From Macrostomum lignano (Eukaryota), in the NCBI GenBank assembly GCA_002269645.1, contig NIVC01001053.1, forward strand, positions 1 to 64,000: a DNA stretch of 64,000 bases, written 5' to 3'. The notes beneath the pieces were generated by a model. It saw only the letters and a list, made by a program, of their open reading frames with translations, did no database searches and had not been told where the DNA came from. Shown here piece after piece: positions 13,275-26,700 of this stretch; the first letter of the stretch is position 1; the number at the start of each line of letters is the position of its first letter. Made by a program: the position numbers and the translations under genes.

Positions 13275-14562
13275 ATGTCGTGCCGAGAGTCAGTCCAGAC
13301 AGCTTCCTCGCTGCAATCCTGGCAAAAGAAGCAACAGCGCCAGGAGCGGAAACTGCGGAAGCAGCAGCAATCGCGCAGAGACTGGGACAGGGACTACAGG
13401 TGCCAATTCGTTGCGGCCGTGATTCTGGGAGCGATTGGAGCCGCTGTGAGCTGCATCGGAGCTGGACTAATAGTCTATGGCTTGCCCACTGCCGACCGAC
13501 TGCAAAGGGAGATGGTCAGCCTCACAAAAGAGGAGGCGGTTGCTGCGAAGGTTGGTAAAAATCATATCTATTGTTTTCATGAGTGAAACCTTCCACAATG
13601 TGGTAGACGAGCCTAAATGTATGGACAGCACCCGATCCTTGACGATGACAGCCTTCTTTCTTTGTTAGAAAGCTCGCTAACTAATGTGCTTTATCCAGCA
13701 AAGAGGCAAGCAGTCAACGCACATACGGAGTCACAAGCTCACACAGGGTTTACATCGGCACTGACTTTCTCATGGTCAGGCACTATATACACACTGTTAC
13801 ATGTACATCGCACAGCCGACAGCACCCAATCCTACAGTCAAATCCTACAGTACAAATGGAAAAATAGAGCTCAATAACTCCGTGTGTAACACTGTGTAGC
13901 TGAGCAACTCAATTCCACCAAATCAATCAATTCGAGCTCAGGTGAGCCTCATGCTGTACGGCAGGCTTGGCGGCCTCCTGCTGGGCGTTGGCCTGTTCCT
14001 GCTGATTGTGCTGGCCGTGCTGGGCACCGAGTATCGCCAGCACCTGCGCCGGCAGCGGAGTCCAAGTGAGGACGCCCGGACGATCGGGCGCCGACGGCTG
14101 TACGCTGACATTCTTCGCGGCCTGCGGTTCCTGTGGCAGGACAGCGAAGAGGCGGAGGAGAATCACGACAATGGCAGTAGCAGGAGCGGCTACTCCAGAT
14201 CGAGACGGGGCAGCTCATGCTCAAGACGGCTGCCAGTTGCAGCAGTTAATGATGCCGTTGCTGGGGCCAGCAGCATCCAGCTGCAGCAGCAGCACCGTTC
14301 GAGAGCAAACTCGATGCTTCAAACAGCTGAGTCGCCAAAGAGGGAGGGCGAAGATTCCAAGGCTTCTAAGCAACAGGAGCAGCAGGGGTCTGGACTACTG
14401 AGACCCAGCTGGCGAGCCAACGAGGCTTTCGATGCTTCGGACGAGACCGCAGCATGTGAGCCCCCGGCAGAGATGGGTGCAGCGGGGCGTGCTCAGGAAT
14501 TTACCTTGGGCCCGGGGGGAGCAGTGTATCAAATCCCAATAAAGAACCCTAAAGTATCGTAA
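13275..14562 (+). CDS. Uncharacterised two-transmembrane protein, ~298 aa; exons 13275-13550 and 13942-14562
   Basis: GT donor at 13551 and AG acceptor at 13940-13941, both phase 0; joined ORF has two hydrophobic segments (FVAAVILGAIGAAVSCIGAGLIVYGL; LGGLLLGVGLFLLIVLAVLG) and GC-rich codon usage. Confidence 0.7.
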
Positions 14563-17064
14563 ACCTTAGAAAGTAAAAAGTTCAAAAACGCGAAAGACTT
14601 GACTTTAAAAAAGGAAAGGATGTTCACTTGTTTGACAAGTCCCGAACTTGGTGAAATATTGTACATCGAGGTACGGTCGCCATCAAATGTAGCCAAAGTT
14701 AGTGAGACGCTATCTTTGCTCTGCGTACTTCGCGTGCATTGTAGCGGGCCGGATTGCTATTGTGAAATTTCAAAGGAACGGGAGGGTACGATATAGAGTC
14801 TTTATGTAGCCCTCTGGCCGGTGTTATACTTTCGGATATCCGTGTCTTGTGTTATCCGCCCAGATAGTACAAGTGAAATATTGTACTTTGAAATATTGAA
14901 ATATTGTACTTATATTGTACTTTCTGATCTCCCTGGACATTGGAAGTGCTTTCTGATCTCCCCCCCCGGATAGTTCAAGCATTTCAAAGTATCCGGTCCG
15001 GATATCTCAAGCTACTTGCAGTCTCTCCCCCCGGAAGTCACAAGCTAGGTTGAAGCATCCGGCCGAGAAACTAATGTTTGCTTTGAGATATCCGGATTGG
15101 TGATGTCCGGGTCAAAGAACGATAATGTATTAAAAAATGCTTTTTAAAACAAAAAGACTAAGTGAAATTGTTTCAAGGATGTAAAATTACTGAGTTAGGA
15201 AAAATTTAAATGCTTCTAAATACTATATATAGTTTCGTGCATGAAATGCCCCTGGTCATTGGTCATTTACAAGCGTCTCGCTGCCCATTAACTGCACTTT
15301 GAGATGCGTGCTATTGTCAACATTTTTGCGTGTTATTGTCCATTGGTATATTTTAAGATAACAGAAAACTAACAAGAATACGAAAGATAACAGGTTTAAA
15401 AAAGCTATTTAACGAAATTGTACGATTTTTTGGTCGCCTATTGAAGTCGCTAATTGTTCAACACCCTAGTAGAGATTGTTCCTTAACAGGCAAATATAAT
15501 AAATTTAATCACTGTCTAAAAGAGTCCTCACTCGAATTCAATATTGATTGAATTATTAGTGCCATCGATACGGACGCGCATTTCTTTGGACGGACTAGCT
15601 TGCATTTCAACTGATCGTCCTCTATTTGCCACCTGGTGCTAGCGGGCAGACCTTGAATCTCGATGCCATCTAACTGGAGCAACTCATCACTCAGATCACC
15701 GCTATCAGCTAGTTGTTCTTCGAACTCCTGTAAATCGTCAAGTTGTTCGGTCTCCTTCGCCAGGAAGTTCATGAAGTGGTCGATAAGCTCGCGACATTCA
15801 TCGTAATGACATCCAACTCATTATCAGTGACGCCACTAATCTCATCCGTTGGCAGAGCTTTGTAGTTAAGTAACGGTGGTAGAAGTCTAGTTGATTTCGA
15901 TATGTCACGCTTTTAATTAAAAATGTTCTGCATTTAGCATTTGTCTGAGCTTGATATCTCGCCTCAGCTTCGACTTTAATACAAAAACTCTGGCTTTCCT
16001 ATTAAAATTAAAATTGTCTATGGCCATAAACTCCCCACCCCAAGAAGTTCTTCCAAGGCTGCGTGTTATTGTCTTTCCAGACCATAGACTACTAGTCTAT
16101 AGGGAAACACTGTCAATGCACTCATCAGCGCCGCGGTAATACAATATCAAGCATCCCGACTGCAGAAGAATATACCATTTTCCTTTAGTTTGTCATCCCC
16201 TTTCGACCCCCAAAAACTTATATATACCTAATCTTCAATAGACCCCCATGCCAATGATGCTCTTCATTCCCATTTAACATGACTCGACGTGCAGTGTTTT
16301 GCTCTTTTCCCTACTCCATCCTCCGTAAAGAGCACACGCCGCTGCTGTTCTGGGCGCCTTTTCTTGCCGCAGTTCCGGTTTCTCAATTTTTAAAAAAATT
16401 AACCGTCTTGAAAGAAGAGGCTTTACTTTTCTCTCGAATTTTGCGCTTCAAATTGTCCCTCACTCATGGCCAGAAAGTCTCCGGGAATTTCGACGTCCTC
16501 GTCCAATACGCTTAAGTATACATTGCGCAATTACACTGAGAATTCATCTAGAGCTCACCCCTGCTAGGTGCAGATATATTAGCTGGTTGCATATAAAAGT
16601 CGTGTGAATTCCTGCACATGCAACCAGTAATTGCTTGGCAGAGGTTTAGCCCCGTGGCTGTACACCGCTCATGTTCATTTTACCGTACCATTCTCCCGTA
16701 GATCTCAAATCAAAGAGAACTCAAGACACACCTATGTTATGCCTTGCGTTGTCAGGGACTGGAGATCGCAAAGCAGAGTCACATTTGTCTTGCGATCTCC
16801 GGCCGGAGACTGCAAGCGCACGGAGATTGCAAAGCCCAACACCGGCCCGTGAATTAGAGGGTCCTCGGGCTCGTGTACTGACCCTTGACCGGCGACTGGC
16901 CAATCATAGCGACCGCGGCTCAAGCTGAGGCATCAAAAAGGGTTAGACGCGATTGGCTAAGCCAGCATGTCTATAGACTGACTTGGGGGAGGAGGGTGGG
17001 TGCAACACCAAACCCTCGCGCCGACACAATTGGGACTTTCTCTAGAGGCGCATTCTCTGTAATG

Positions 17065-17326
17065 TAATAATAATATAAAATAACTGATTACAACTGTCCT
17101 AACGGGCAGATCGATGTGCAACCGACAGCTCAGCCGCAGCTATTGCGCGGTGCATCTGAAGGCTGCGTACGGCTGTTCAGTCCAAGGACTGGGGGCTCGC
17201 CACACACCCTCAATTACCCCAACTAATGCTGGTACCTCATGTTAAATGTCTTGCTCAAGGACACATGGGTCGAGAGTCAAACCCCCGACCTTGAATTCAA
17301 CGCACTAACCAATAGACTACAACCCC
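17065..17326 (-). mobile_element. CORE-type SINE copy 3, internally deleted
   Basis: Aligns with copy 2 but lacks the ~33-bp ttttacagctgg...tgtaga block, and the tRNA head is shortened. Confidence 0.8.
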
Positions 17327-17383
17327 ACTACAGTGTGAATGAGCCTAAACTCGGAGCAATTTTTATCTCTATATTACCCACAG

Positions 17384-17727
17384 TCAAGAGGCAGAGCCCC
17401 CGCAGCGCCCAGTCGATGCGCATGACCGCCCGCGATGCCTCCGCAGCCGGTCGACAGGGCGGGGTGGCTTCCCTGCAGCAGCTGTTCAGCGTTGAGCTGG
17501 AGTTCTCGCGCTTCTCTGCCAACCAGAACTCGACGCGAACCAGCAACCTGGAGCTGACCGATTTGGTTGATAACGACTTTGAAGCGGCCTTCGCCAGCCA
17601 CAGCTGGCAGGCAAGCGAGTCGACTTCGCCTAACAAAGTACTGCATCAGTCGGCTGCGAGTACAGCAGATGAGGCAGCTAGCAAGCTCAACGCACAGATC
17701 GAACCGGATGGGGCTCCGGAGTTTTGA
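17384..17727 (+). CDS. Probable terminal coding exon of an unidentified gene
   Basis: Acceptor ttacccacag ending 17383; GC-rich open frame (KRQSPRSAQSMRMTARD...PDGAPEF*) in AT-rich flanks; upstream exons not identified. Confidence 0.4.
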
Positions 17728-17852
17728 GCAAATCATTCATTCTACTGCACAGGCAGATGGATTATAGTTACAACTCTATTCGAAATTTACATGTGCTTAT
17801 CTTATTTGACTAGGCAGAAAGACTAGCTTTTATAGTAGGCTAGCTATCTCCC

Positions 17853-17997
17853 CTGACACCTCAGCCATAGTCACCACTATCATAGACCCACAGCAGTGGC
17901 ACCTCAGCCCCAGTCAGAGCTACTATAGACCCACTGCAGTGACACCTCAGCCCCAGTCGGCACTACCATAAACCCACTGCAGTGACACTTCGGCCCT
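17853..17997. repeat. ~46-bp tandem repeat, ~3 copies
   Basis: Recurring gacacctcagccccagtc...atagacccactgcagt. Confidence 0.8.
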
Positions 17998-18564
17998 AAA
18001 TTAATCTTAAGTAAGATGTCAATGTACTTTAGTAATTAAATCCCAACATGCCCCACTTTTTAATATTTAAAAGTCGACTAAAATATTTTATAATTTGTAT
18101 GTACAAACATAAATGACCTTAAAAATTACATATCACAAATTAACAAAAGCACCGTCGAAAATTTTCCAATCTACAATCGGTTGCCACAAAAAAATCAATG
18201 AAACAATAACAAGGCAAACGATGCTACTTTTATTCAGTAATATAATTCAAACATTAGCCAAAAATTAATAAAGAAATGAGCAGTCGCTGTGAACAAACTA
18301 ACTTATTATTCGCTATCTCCAAAGAATCATAAAAAGCAAATTAGGAAACTGTAGAGTATTAAAATTATTTGCTAAATTAACCAATAGTAGCCTAATTAAT
18401 TAACAGAGCCTACTGTATATGGTCGCACTGTGGATGACTGCAGATCAATCAATGGTATACCAATGTAACGGACCGTTCTAAAACACGCAATGGTATTCAA
18501 TTTTAACTAAGGTCAATTAAAGCCACTTTAGACACTTGAAAAACATTGATAGCTTGATAGGTCT

Positions 18565-18900
18565 AGGGGTCCAGGTTAGGGCTAAAGGGGTTTAGGTGAG
18601 GTTTATGGGATTTAGGTGAGATTTATGGGGTTTAGCGTGGGGTAAAGAAGAGGTTTAAACAGGTTCAGGTTCGGGCTAACATGAGGTTTAAACGGGTTTA
18701 GGTTAGGGTTAAGGTGAGGTTTAGATTATGGTTTAGGTGAAATTTAGGTTAGGGTTTAGGGTAGTATTAAGGTGAGGTTTATGGGGTTTAAGGGTAGGGT
18801 TAAGGTGAGGTTTATGGGGTTTAAGGGTAGGGTTAAGGTGAGGTTTATGGGTTTAAGGGTAGGGTTAAGGTGAGGTTTATGGGGTTTAGGTCAGGGTTAT
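18565..18900. repeat. Degenerate TTAGGG-like G-rich repeat with a ~29-bp higher period
   Basis: gggtagggttaaggtgaggtttatggggtttaa units; similar short tracts at 5381-5415 and 22321-22400. Confidence 0.8.
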
Positions 18901-19087
18901 TAATGAAGGCAGGTTAGAGCAGTCAACTGGCAGTTCATGTATGATTCTGCGAAAGCAAACGCAGATCCTGTCAACTGTCAATTATTTCAAGAATCGAATG
19001 GACACTATGCATATGTACGAGCATAGATCGTATGCAAATCAAGAAGTCAACACGCCAGTCCCAGCTACCCCGCCAGGTTCGCACTGC

Positions 19088-20528
19088 TCAGAGCTTGGCA
19101 GATGAGGCAGCCACAGCTTTGCGAAAGACCTTCTCCAGTTTCATAGCTACGCCCATGTTGCCTGTGATGCGCAGCTTGCCAGCCATGAAGGCGCCAGTGG
19201 CGGACAGCTTGCCGGACACCAGCTGCTGCAAGTCTGCCGATTTCATTGTCATGCAAGTGTCCGGCTTCTCTGTCGAGCCGCTGTCGCCCGGACGAATTTC
19301 GGACAGACCGCCGGGCATGGATTTCAGATTGAGCAGCCAACTGCGGTTTAGGTCCGTGAGCTGAAGCTCAACCAGGCCTTTGACCAGACCCACCGCCTCC
19401 GCGTCTATGGCTGTGGCAAGGTGCTTCATGGAGGCTTCAACGTCTGCGCCAGGCTGCTGCTGGCCGCTCTGGGCTCCCGAACTGGCGCTGGTTGCGGCTG
19501 CTGCAATTACGGATACAGCTTTTGCCGTTTATTGCGCCTCCCGGCTTCTCTACCGGTCATCGCGCCCCCTGGCTTCCCTACCGGTCAATGCGCCTCCTGG
19601 CTTCCCTACCGGTCATTCAGCCTCCTGGCTTCCCTACCGGTCATTCAGCCTCCTGGCTTCCCTATCGGTCATTGCGCCTCCTGGCTTCCCTACCGGTCAT
19701 TCAGCCTCCTGGCTTCCCTACCGGTCATTCAGCCTCCTGGCTTCCCTATCGGTCATTCAGCCTCCTGGCTTCCCTACCGGTCATTCAGCCTCCTGGCTTC
19801 CCTACCGGTCATTCAGCCTCCTGGCTTCCCTACCGGTCATTCAGCCTCCTGGCTTCCCTATCGGTCATTCAGCCTCCTGGCTTCCCTACCGGTCATTCAG
19901 CCTCCTGGCTTCCCTACCGGTCATTCAGCCTCCTGGCTTCCCTACCGGTCATTGAACTTCCTGGCTTCCCTACCGCTCACTGAGCCTCATGGATTCCCTA
20001 CCGCTCACTGAGCCTCATGGATTCCCTACCGCTCACTGAGCCTCATGGATTCCCTACCGCTCACTGAGCCTCATGGATTCCCTACCGCTCACTGAGCCTC
20101 ATGGATTCCCTACCGCTCACTGAGCCTCATGGATTCCCTACCGCTCACTGAGCCTTATGGATTCCATGGTCATCGAACATCATGGGTTCCATGGTCATTG
20201 AGCCTCATGGATTCCATGGCTATTGAGCCTAGCCTCCTATCGACCATTAAGCCTAGCTTCCAATCCAGAAGCCGCAGCAAACAAAAGACCATGACAGGAC
20301 TCACGCTTGGCTGCGTCCGGCTCGTCAAGGAAAAAATCAGGCAGCAGCTGGCCGCCTGGCACGCAGCTGTACTGCTCAAGGTCCTTGTCGGTAAGGCCAC
20401 CCTCGCGGCGCAGCACGTCGTCGTCGATGCAGAACTGGCCGGAGAAGGTGCGCGAATCTTTAGTGAGTACCAGGTAGGCGGCGTCAGCCATAATCTCCGG
20501 CTTGCGGCACTGGGAGGCCACCTGGAAT

Positions 20529-20615
<87 letters not shown>

Positions 20616-20653
20616 CTAGTAGTAGTACTAGTAGTAGTTGTAGTTGTAGTAGT

Positions 20654-20698
<45 letters not shown>

Positions 20699-20704
20699 AT
20701 AGTT

Positions 20705-20774
<70 letters not shown>

Positions 20775-23700
20775 CAGTAGTAGTAGTAGTTGTTGTTGTT
20801 GTTGTTGTTATTGTTGTAGTAACACAGCAAAGTTACCTCATCTCCTCCAGCCAGCATCTTCATCGCGGCAGTGAGAATGGCGGTCCTTGGCCACAGGGCA
20901 TTGACAGCGATGCCGTACTTGGCAAGCTCGGGAGACATGCCCAGGACGCACATGCTCATGCCGTACTTGGCCATGGTGTAGCCAACGTGGTCCTTGAACC
21001 AGCGCTGCCGCATGGACAGTGGCGGGCTAATATTGAGTATATGCGGATTAGCAGATTTGGACAGGTAGGGAATGCACAGCTTGGAGCACAGGAAGGTGCC
21101 GCGAGAGTTAATGCCGTGCATCAGATCGAAGGATTTCATAGTCAGGGTCTCCGTGTTCACCAGGTTGATTGCGGATGCGTTGTTCACCAGGATGTCAATG
21201 CCGCCGAACTGAGCCACGGCTTCGTTCACCGCCTTCTGCACCTGGTCCTCCATTCTGGAGTGGGAGGCTATTGGGATTAGACACACTTGGGATTTAGGGA
21301 GGGATTAGGGCCTATATTGGGGATCTGGGTGGGATTAGAGACTATATTGGGGATCTGCGGTGGGATTAGAGACTATATTGAGAATCTGGGTGGGATTAGT
21401 GACTATATTGGGGATCTGCGGTGGGATTAGGACTATATTGGGGATCTGCGGTGGGATTAGGGACTACATTAGAGATCTGCGGTGGGATTAGGACTATATT
21501 GGAAGTAGGGATTAGGGACTATATTGGGAGTAGGGATTAGGGACTATATTGGGGATATGCGATGGGATTAGGGACTACATTAGAGATCTGCGGTGGGATT
21601 AGGACTATATTGGAAGTAGGGATTAGGGACTATATTGGGAGTAGGGATTAGGGACTATATTGGGGATCTGGAGTGATATTAGGACTATACGAGCTATTGG
21701 GGATCTGCGATGGGATTAGGGACTATATTAGAGATCTGCGGTGGGATTAGGACTATATTGGAAGTAGGAATTAGGGATTATATTGGGAGTAGGGATTAGG
21801 GACTGTATTAGGGATCTGCGGTGGGATAGGGATTACGGACTGTATTGGAAGTAAGGATTAGGGATTATATTGGGATCTGAGGAAACAATCAGAAACACTT
21901 GGAGATCTGGAGTGGGACTAAGGACTAAATTGAGGATCTGAGCGATAAGGGAATTAAGTTAAGAATGTTGGCTAAGCGCAGGTAAGCAGCTTGCCTGATG
22001 TCAACAACGCATGGCAGCGCCTTGCCACCAGCTTTTTCAATCTCCTCAGCGGCAGTGTAAATTGTGCCAGGCAGCTTGGGATGAGCGGTGGCAGTCTTGG
22101 CGGCCACAACTATGTTGGCACCGTCGCGGGCTGCGCGCAGGGCGATTGCGAGCCCAATTCACGGCTGGCTCCAGTGATGAAGAGCGTCTTGCCGGCCAGC
22201 TTCCTAGCGAATTACAGGGGAAAAATGAATAAAATCGAAGTACTTGGAGTGTATGAAGATTGACGAGTTTACATACAATACACTTTTCCTACTTTTAAAT
22301 GCCAACCATTTGATTGCCGAGGTTTAGGTTAGGGTTGGGGTTTGTGTTTAGGTTTGGCTTAAGTTTTAGGTTGGAACTTAGGTTAGGGTTGAGATTTATG
22401 TTTAGGTTCTAAGATTCGGTTTAGTAGAATAGGTTCAAGGCTACAAGTAGATTCAGCAGTTAATTTGTGGTTGCCAAAAGATGCTAGCAGCAAAAAGTTG
22501 TCAACCCCCTTTATTATATTAGGAGTACTTTATTTTGTTGTAAATGGTCAACAATTCAATTACTATAGAAAGATTAAAACATTTTTATATGTATGTACAA
22601 TATATGATTGTACATTTTATATGTATTTTGAATAAGAATCATTTTTCGCTTCAGACTGACTCATTATACCTTTACTCTAGTCTAGCCTAGCCTATTTATT
22701 CTTCTTTGCTACTGAATTGAAAGTAGAAAGCTGTTTTACTAAGCATACATGCCTGAGTGGCCCCATCTAGTTCTTTTAGAATCTATGGTTAAAGCCAACC
22801 TAGGAAAATTAAAATAGATAGCCTATAGTAAACACATAATACTTGAAACACATGAAAATATGATACTTGATGTAATCAAAGATCTTACTTAGGAATACAA
22901 AATCAACCATTTATTGAGCAAAACTTTATTTATTTTTTTACATTGAGCATCTGGTCTTTATTTTACACATGCTTAACAACAAGCCAAGTAGACCAATGAT
23001 AAATTTCAGAATTCAAGCAATACTATTCTAATATATATTTCTTGCCAAATGTCTGAAAAGTTATTGCTTTTTTATTTGTTTTTAACTGTTATACTTTAAA
23101 ATTTTGCCATAACTAAAATTTTCCTGTATCTATATCTCAATTTTTCTTATAACCAACTTATATCCATTTCAGTATCCAAAAAGCAAGGAAATTTTCTTTA
23201 ACTTTCTATAACTTTCTTGCAATGGTTGCACTATGCTAATAGCTAGTGATACCTGGAAACAATATCATAGATAGGGCATTGGTATATTTTGCTAGTTATG
23301 GAAACTATAGAAATGCAACTATGAATAGTGCTCAATAGGCAGTGCAAAATGCATCTGTGTTGCTTAATGCTTATCAACTTGACTATTTTTTTTCTTCCCA
23401 TCTTCTCCTTTCTCCTTTCCCTTCTTTCCTCTTTTCCTTCTCTTTCCCCTCTTTTCTCTCTTTTTTAAACTTTTAAATAACTTAAGTAGGCCAATAAAAT
23501 ATCCAATGCTTTCTGAGATCTTGGGTGAAAGCAATGGCCTACTTGACTTGTCATTGGTTTCCAAGAAGATTGGGTAGCAAAAGCCTCTTGAATTGTTTCA
23601 GAATGTAATTAATTGCCACCATAGAAATGCCACCATAATTCTTTGTGGTGGCAAATGCTAGATAACCAAAATTGGCTTTATCTGTCTTAGCTATAGCCCC

Positions 23701-26700
23701 AAACATTTTAACTACAATGTGCATATATGGCATTATTATTATTATTAAACAGCTTAAGAGGTTAGCAAAGCAACCATTGGTAGAAAATAGCTAAGTTGAG
23801 CCTAGTTATAGATTGAAAGGTAAGGCCTGGAGCTTGCAAATCAGAGAAATGAGTTTAAGTGATGTAGCTAGGTGTTGGGCATTTGAGTGCAAACAAAGAG
23901 AGGCACAGGTCTAGGTTGCTAACTTGGCATTGCTTATATATTAAGGAATTGGATGCCCAAGATATTGTACAAGAGATGAAAATGACAAGCTTCTAAGCTT
24001 GCCTCACAAATAATAGTCACGAGTAGAACTCCTCCTCCAGAGGAAAAAGGCGATAAAACTCCCATTGCCAGAATTCCATTCCCTGAAATCCATCAGCTGA
24101 AATTCCATGACTTGAATCCCGTCTTCTAAATCGTCTACAAAACCTTTCAAATACCATATCTTGTTTTCCATGTTTGTAAAAACTGATTGCCATTGTCCAG
24201 ACTCAGACTCTCCTGTCTCCTCTCTCCTCTTTGCTCTCTCATCTCTAGTTTCTCATCTCTTTTCATCTCTCCTGTCTAATCTATCATCTCTCCTCTCTGT
24301 GCTCCTCTTTTACCCTCTTCTTTCCCCTCATTACTTTTTCCTCTCAAATCTCTTATCTCTGATCTTTTATCTATCTTCTCTCTACTCTCTCCCTTCTCTC
24401 GCTTCTCTCTCCTCTCATATCTACTCTCATATCTATCGTCTCTCCTCTACCCTCTCTCTCTTATCTTTTCTCCCTCCTCTCTGCTCTCATTTCTTCTATC
24501 TCCTATACACTCCCACCCTCTCCTTTCTTATCTCCCATCTTTCTTCCCTCCTTTCTACCATCTCATGTCTTCCCTGTTCTTACCTCTCCTTTCTTCTCTC
24601 CTCTAATCTCTAATCTCCACTCTCTCTTATTTTCTCACTCATCTCTTGTCTTTTCTCATCGCATCTCTCATCTCTCCTCTCTGCACTCTCATCTTTACCC
24701 TCTTATTTCTCCTCACTACTTTCTTCTCTTAACTCTCTCATCTCTACTCTCTTTTTTCTCCCTCGTCTTTCGTCTTTACTCTCGATCTCCTGTTTCCTTT
24801 CTCCCCTCTTTTCTCTTTTCTCTCTCCTCTCCTCTCTCATCTCTACTCTTTTTCTTTCTCCTCTACTCTCTCCTCTCTTCTATTTTCTCCGTACACTCTT
24901 ATCCCTCCTCTCTTCTCTCTCCTATTATCTCTCCTGTCTCCTCTCTGCTATCTCATATCTCCCCTCTCATCTCCTCTTCTCTTCTCTCCCATCTGTCATG
25001 TCTAATCTTACCTCTCTCATTTCTACTCTCTTTTCTATAATCTCTTTTCTCTTCTCTTTTTTTTCTTCTCTTTACTCTCTTCTCTGACTGACTGAAGGTG
25101 CAAACTCCATTGAAATCCTCTTTTTTTATCAAAAATTTTTTACAAAATTTTTATGAAATTCTCTTCATGAGACTGAACTTCATCAAAATCACTTTTGATA
25201 AACTACAATCTATCTATATAATCTCTGTCAAATTGCAATTTATATATTTAGTCAATACTATCTTCATCAAGTTAGAGTCAATTAAGACTCTGGTAAATTG
25301 AAGATATTGAATCTATAAAAAATGCTTTCTATTGTCAAGCATAAAATATTCAAGGTAGAAGCTTTGGTTCAATGGTTCAGAGAGTTACATGTTAAAAGGT
25401 GCTAATAATAAAAAATGAACCAATTGAATAAATTTATGTGCAATCCATTTCTCAGTCAGTATCAGTCTCAGTTAGAGTTATTAAAATTATGGTTGCAAAA
25501 TCTAAATAACCTTTTAACACACAACGACTAACCCTCTCCCCAATAAACAGAGGCGAGTAGACATTGAACACTGAAACTATCTATTACGTATTGCAAAAAT
25601 GAAAACAATCTTTGCAGAAAGTTAAAAGTATGCAAATGTTTTTTGAATGCTATGCTTTTTATTTTCATAGCATTCAAAGTTGATTTGAATGCTATGATTC
25701 AAAGTTGATTTGAAGCAAGCAACTTATATCCTCGAACTCAGCATTGCAAAATCTTTCCAGCAATATAAATCTCTCTTTTCAAAGTTGAAAAATCAAGGAA
25801 CAGTTAGCATTTGAAACTTTCCCATTTGCAGACTGCTTGCTTGCTATATTGAAAGGCTTGCAAGTTATTCATTAAATTTCACTGCCTAGCAAATACACAG
25901 GGCTGCATATTGAAAGGCACCGATAATAAAACCAATTAATTTTGGCACCATCCTATCTGATTACACTGTACAACTGCTATGTACATACAACCCAAGGCCA
26001 ACCCCCCCATTCCAAGGGGAATCATTAACTTTAACTCAACCCCCAACATGCAGGGTTTTATTAGCATTGAATGCAGAAGCAGAATATGCGCACCCTCTCC
26101 CCCCAATAAACAGTGACCCACAGGTAGAGGTTGGGGTGGTTTTTTTACAAAGTGAAAACCAACCCTCTTACTAGAAAGACAGAAGGGCCAAAGAAGGTTA
26201 AAAGCAGTTTTCTGCTTTTTTAGGGATGGTAAAATATGAAACTTAAAAAATAAAATAGCCTTAAACCTGATCTAGAAAACTTGCAGTTTTCCCATATAAG
26301 TTTCAATACTGACTTGCAATTAGTCTAGGAGAAAAAATTGCAACATATATACAGACAAACATTGCATCAGTTTTAGTATTAGTATGCACCAGTTTTAGTA
26401 TTAATTATAGAGATGGGAATAGCTTTTAGCCATAGGTTAACACCATCTCAACTGCCAAGTAGAATAAGTCAATAGGCCTATTCAAGCAGTTGAAGATAGA
26501 GCACAAAAGGTAAAAGGTCCATTATGCCAATGGCATAAAATACAACATGCATTTTAGAGTCTAAGTAAAGTACACCAGGTAAGTTATTCCTGACTTTCCT
26601 CAAACATGAATTTTTATGTATATATACTATATAATAGTATTATATTATAGGTTAAACAAAATAAATTGATTAGGGGCCTAATTAATCTATTTTTGATAGA

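Noticed and set aside
15509-15890. Acidic ORF on the minus strand
   Set aside because: Needs a frameshift to extend, and shows no recognisable homology or splice sites
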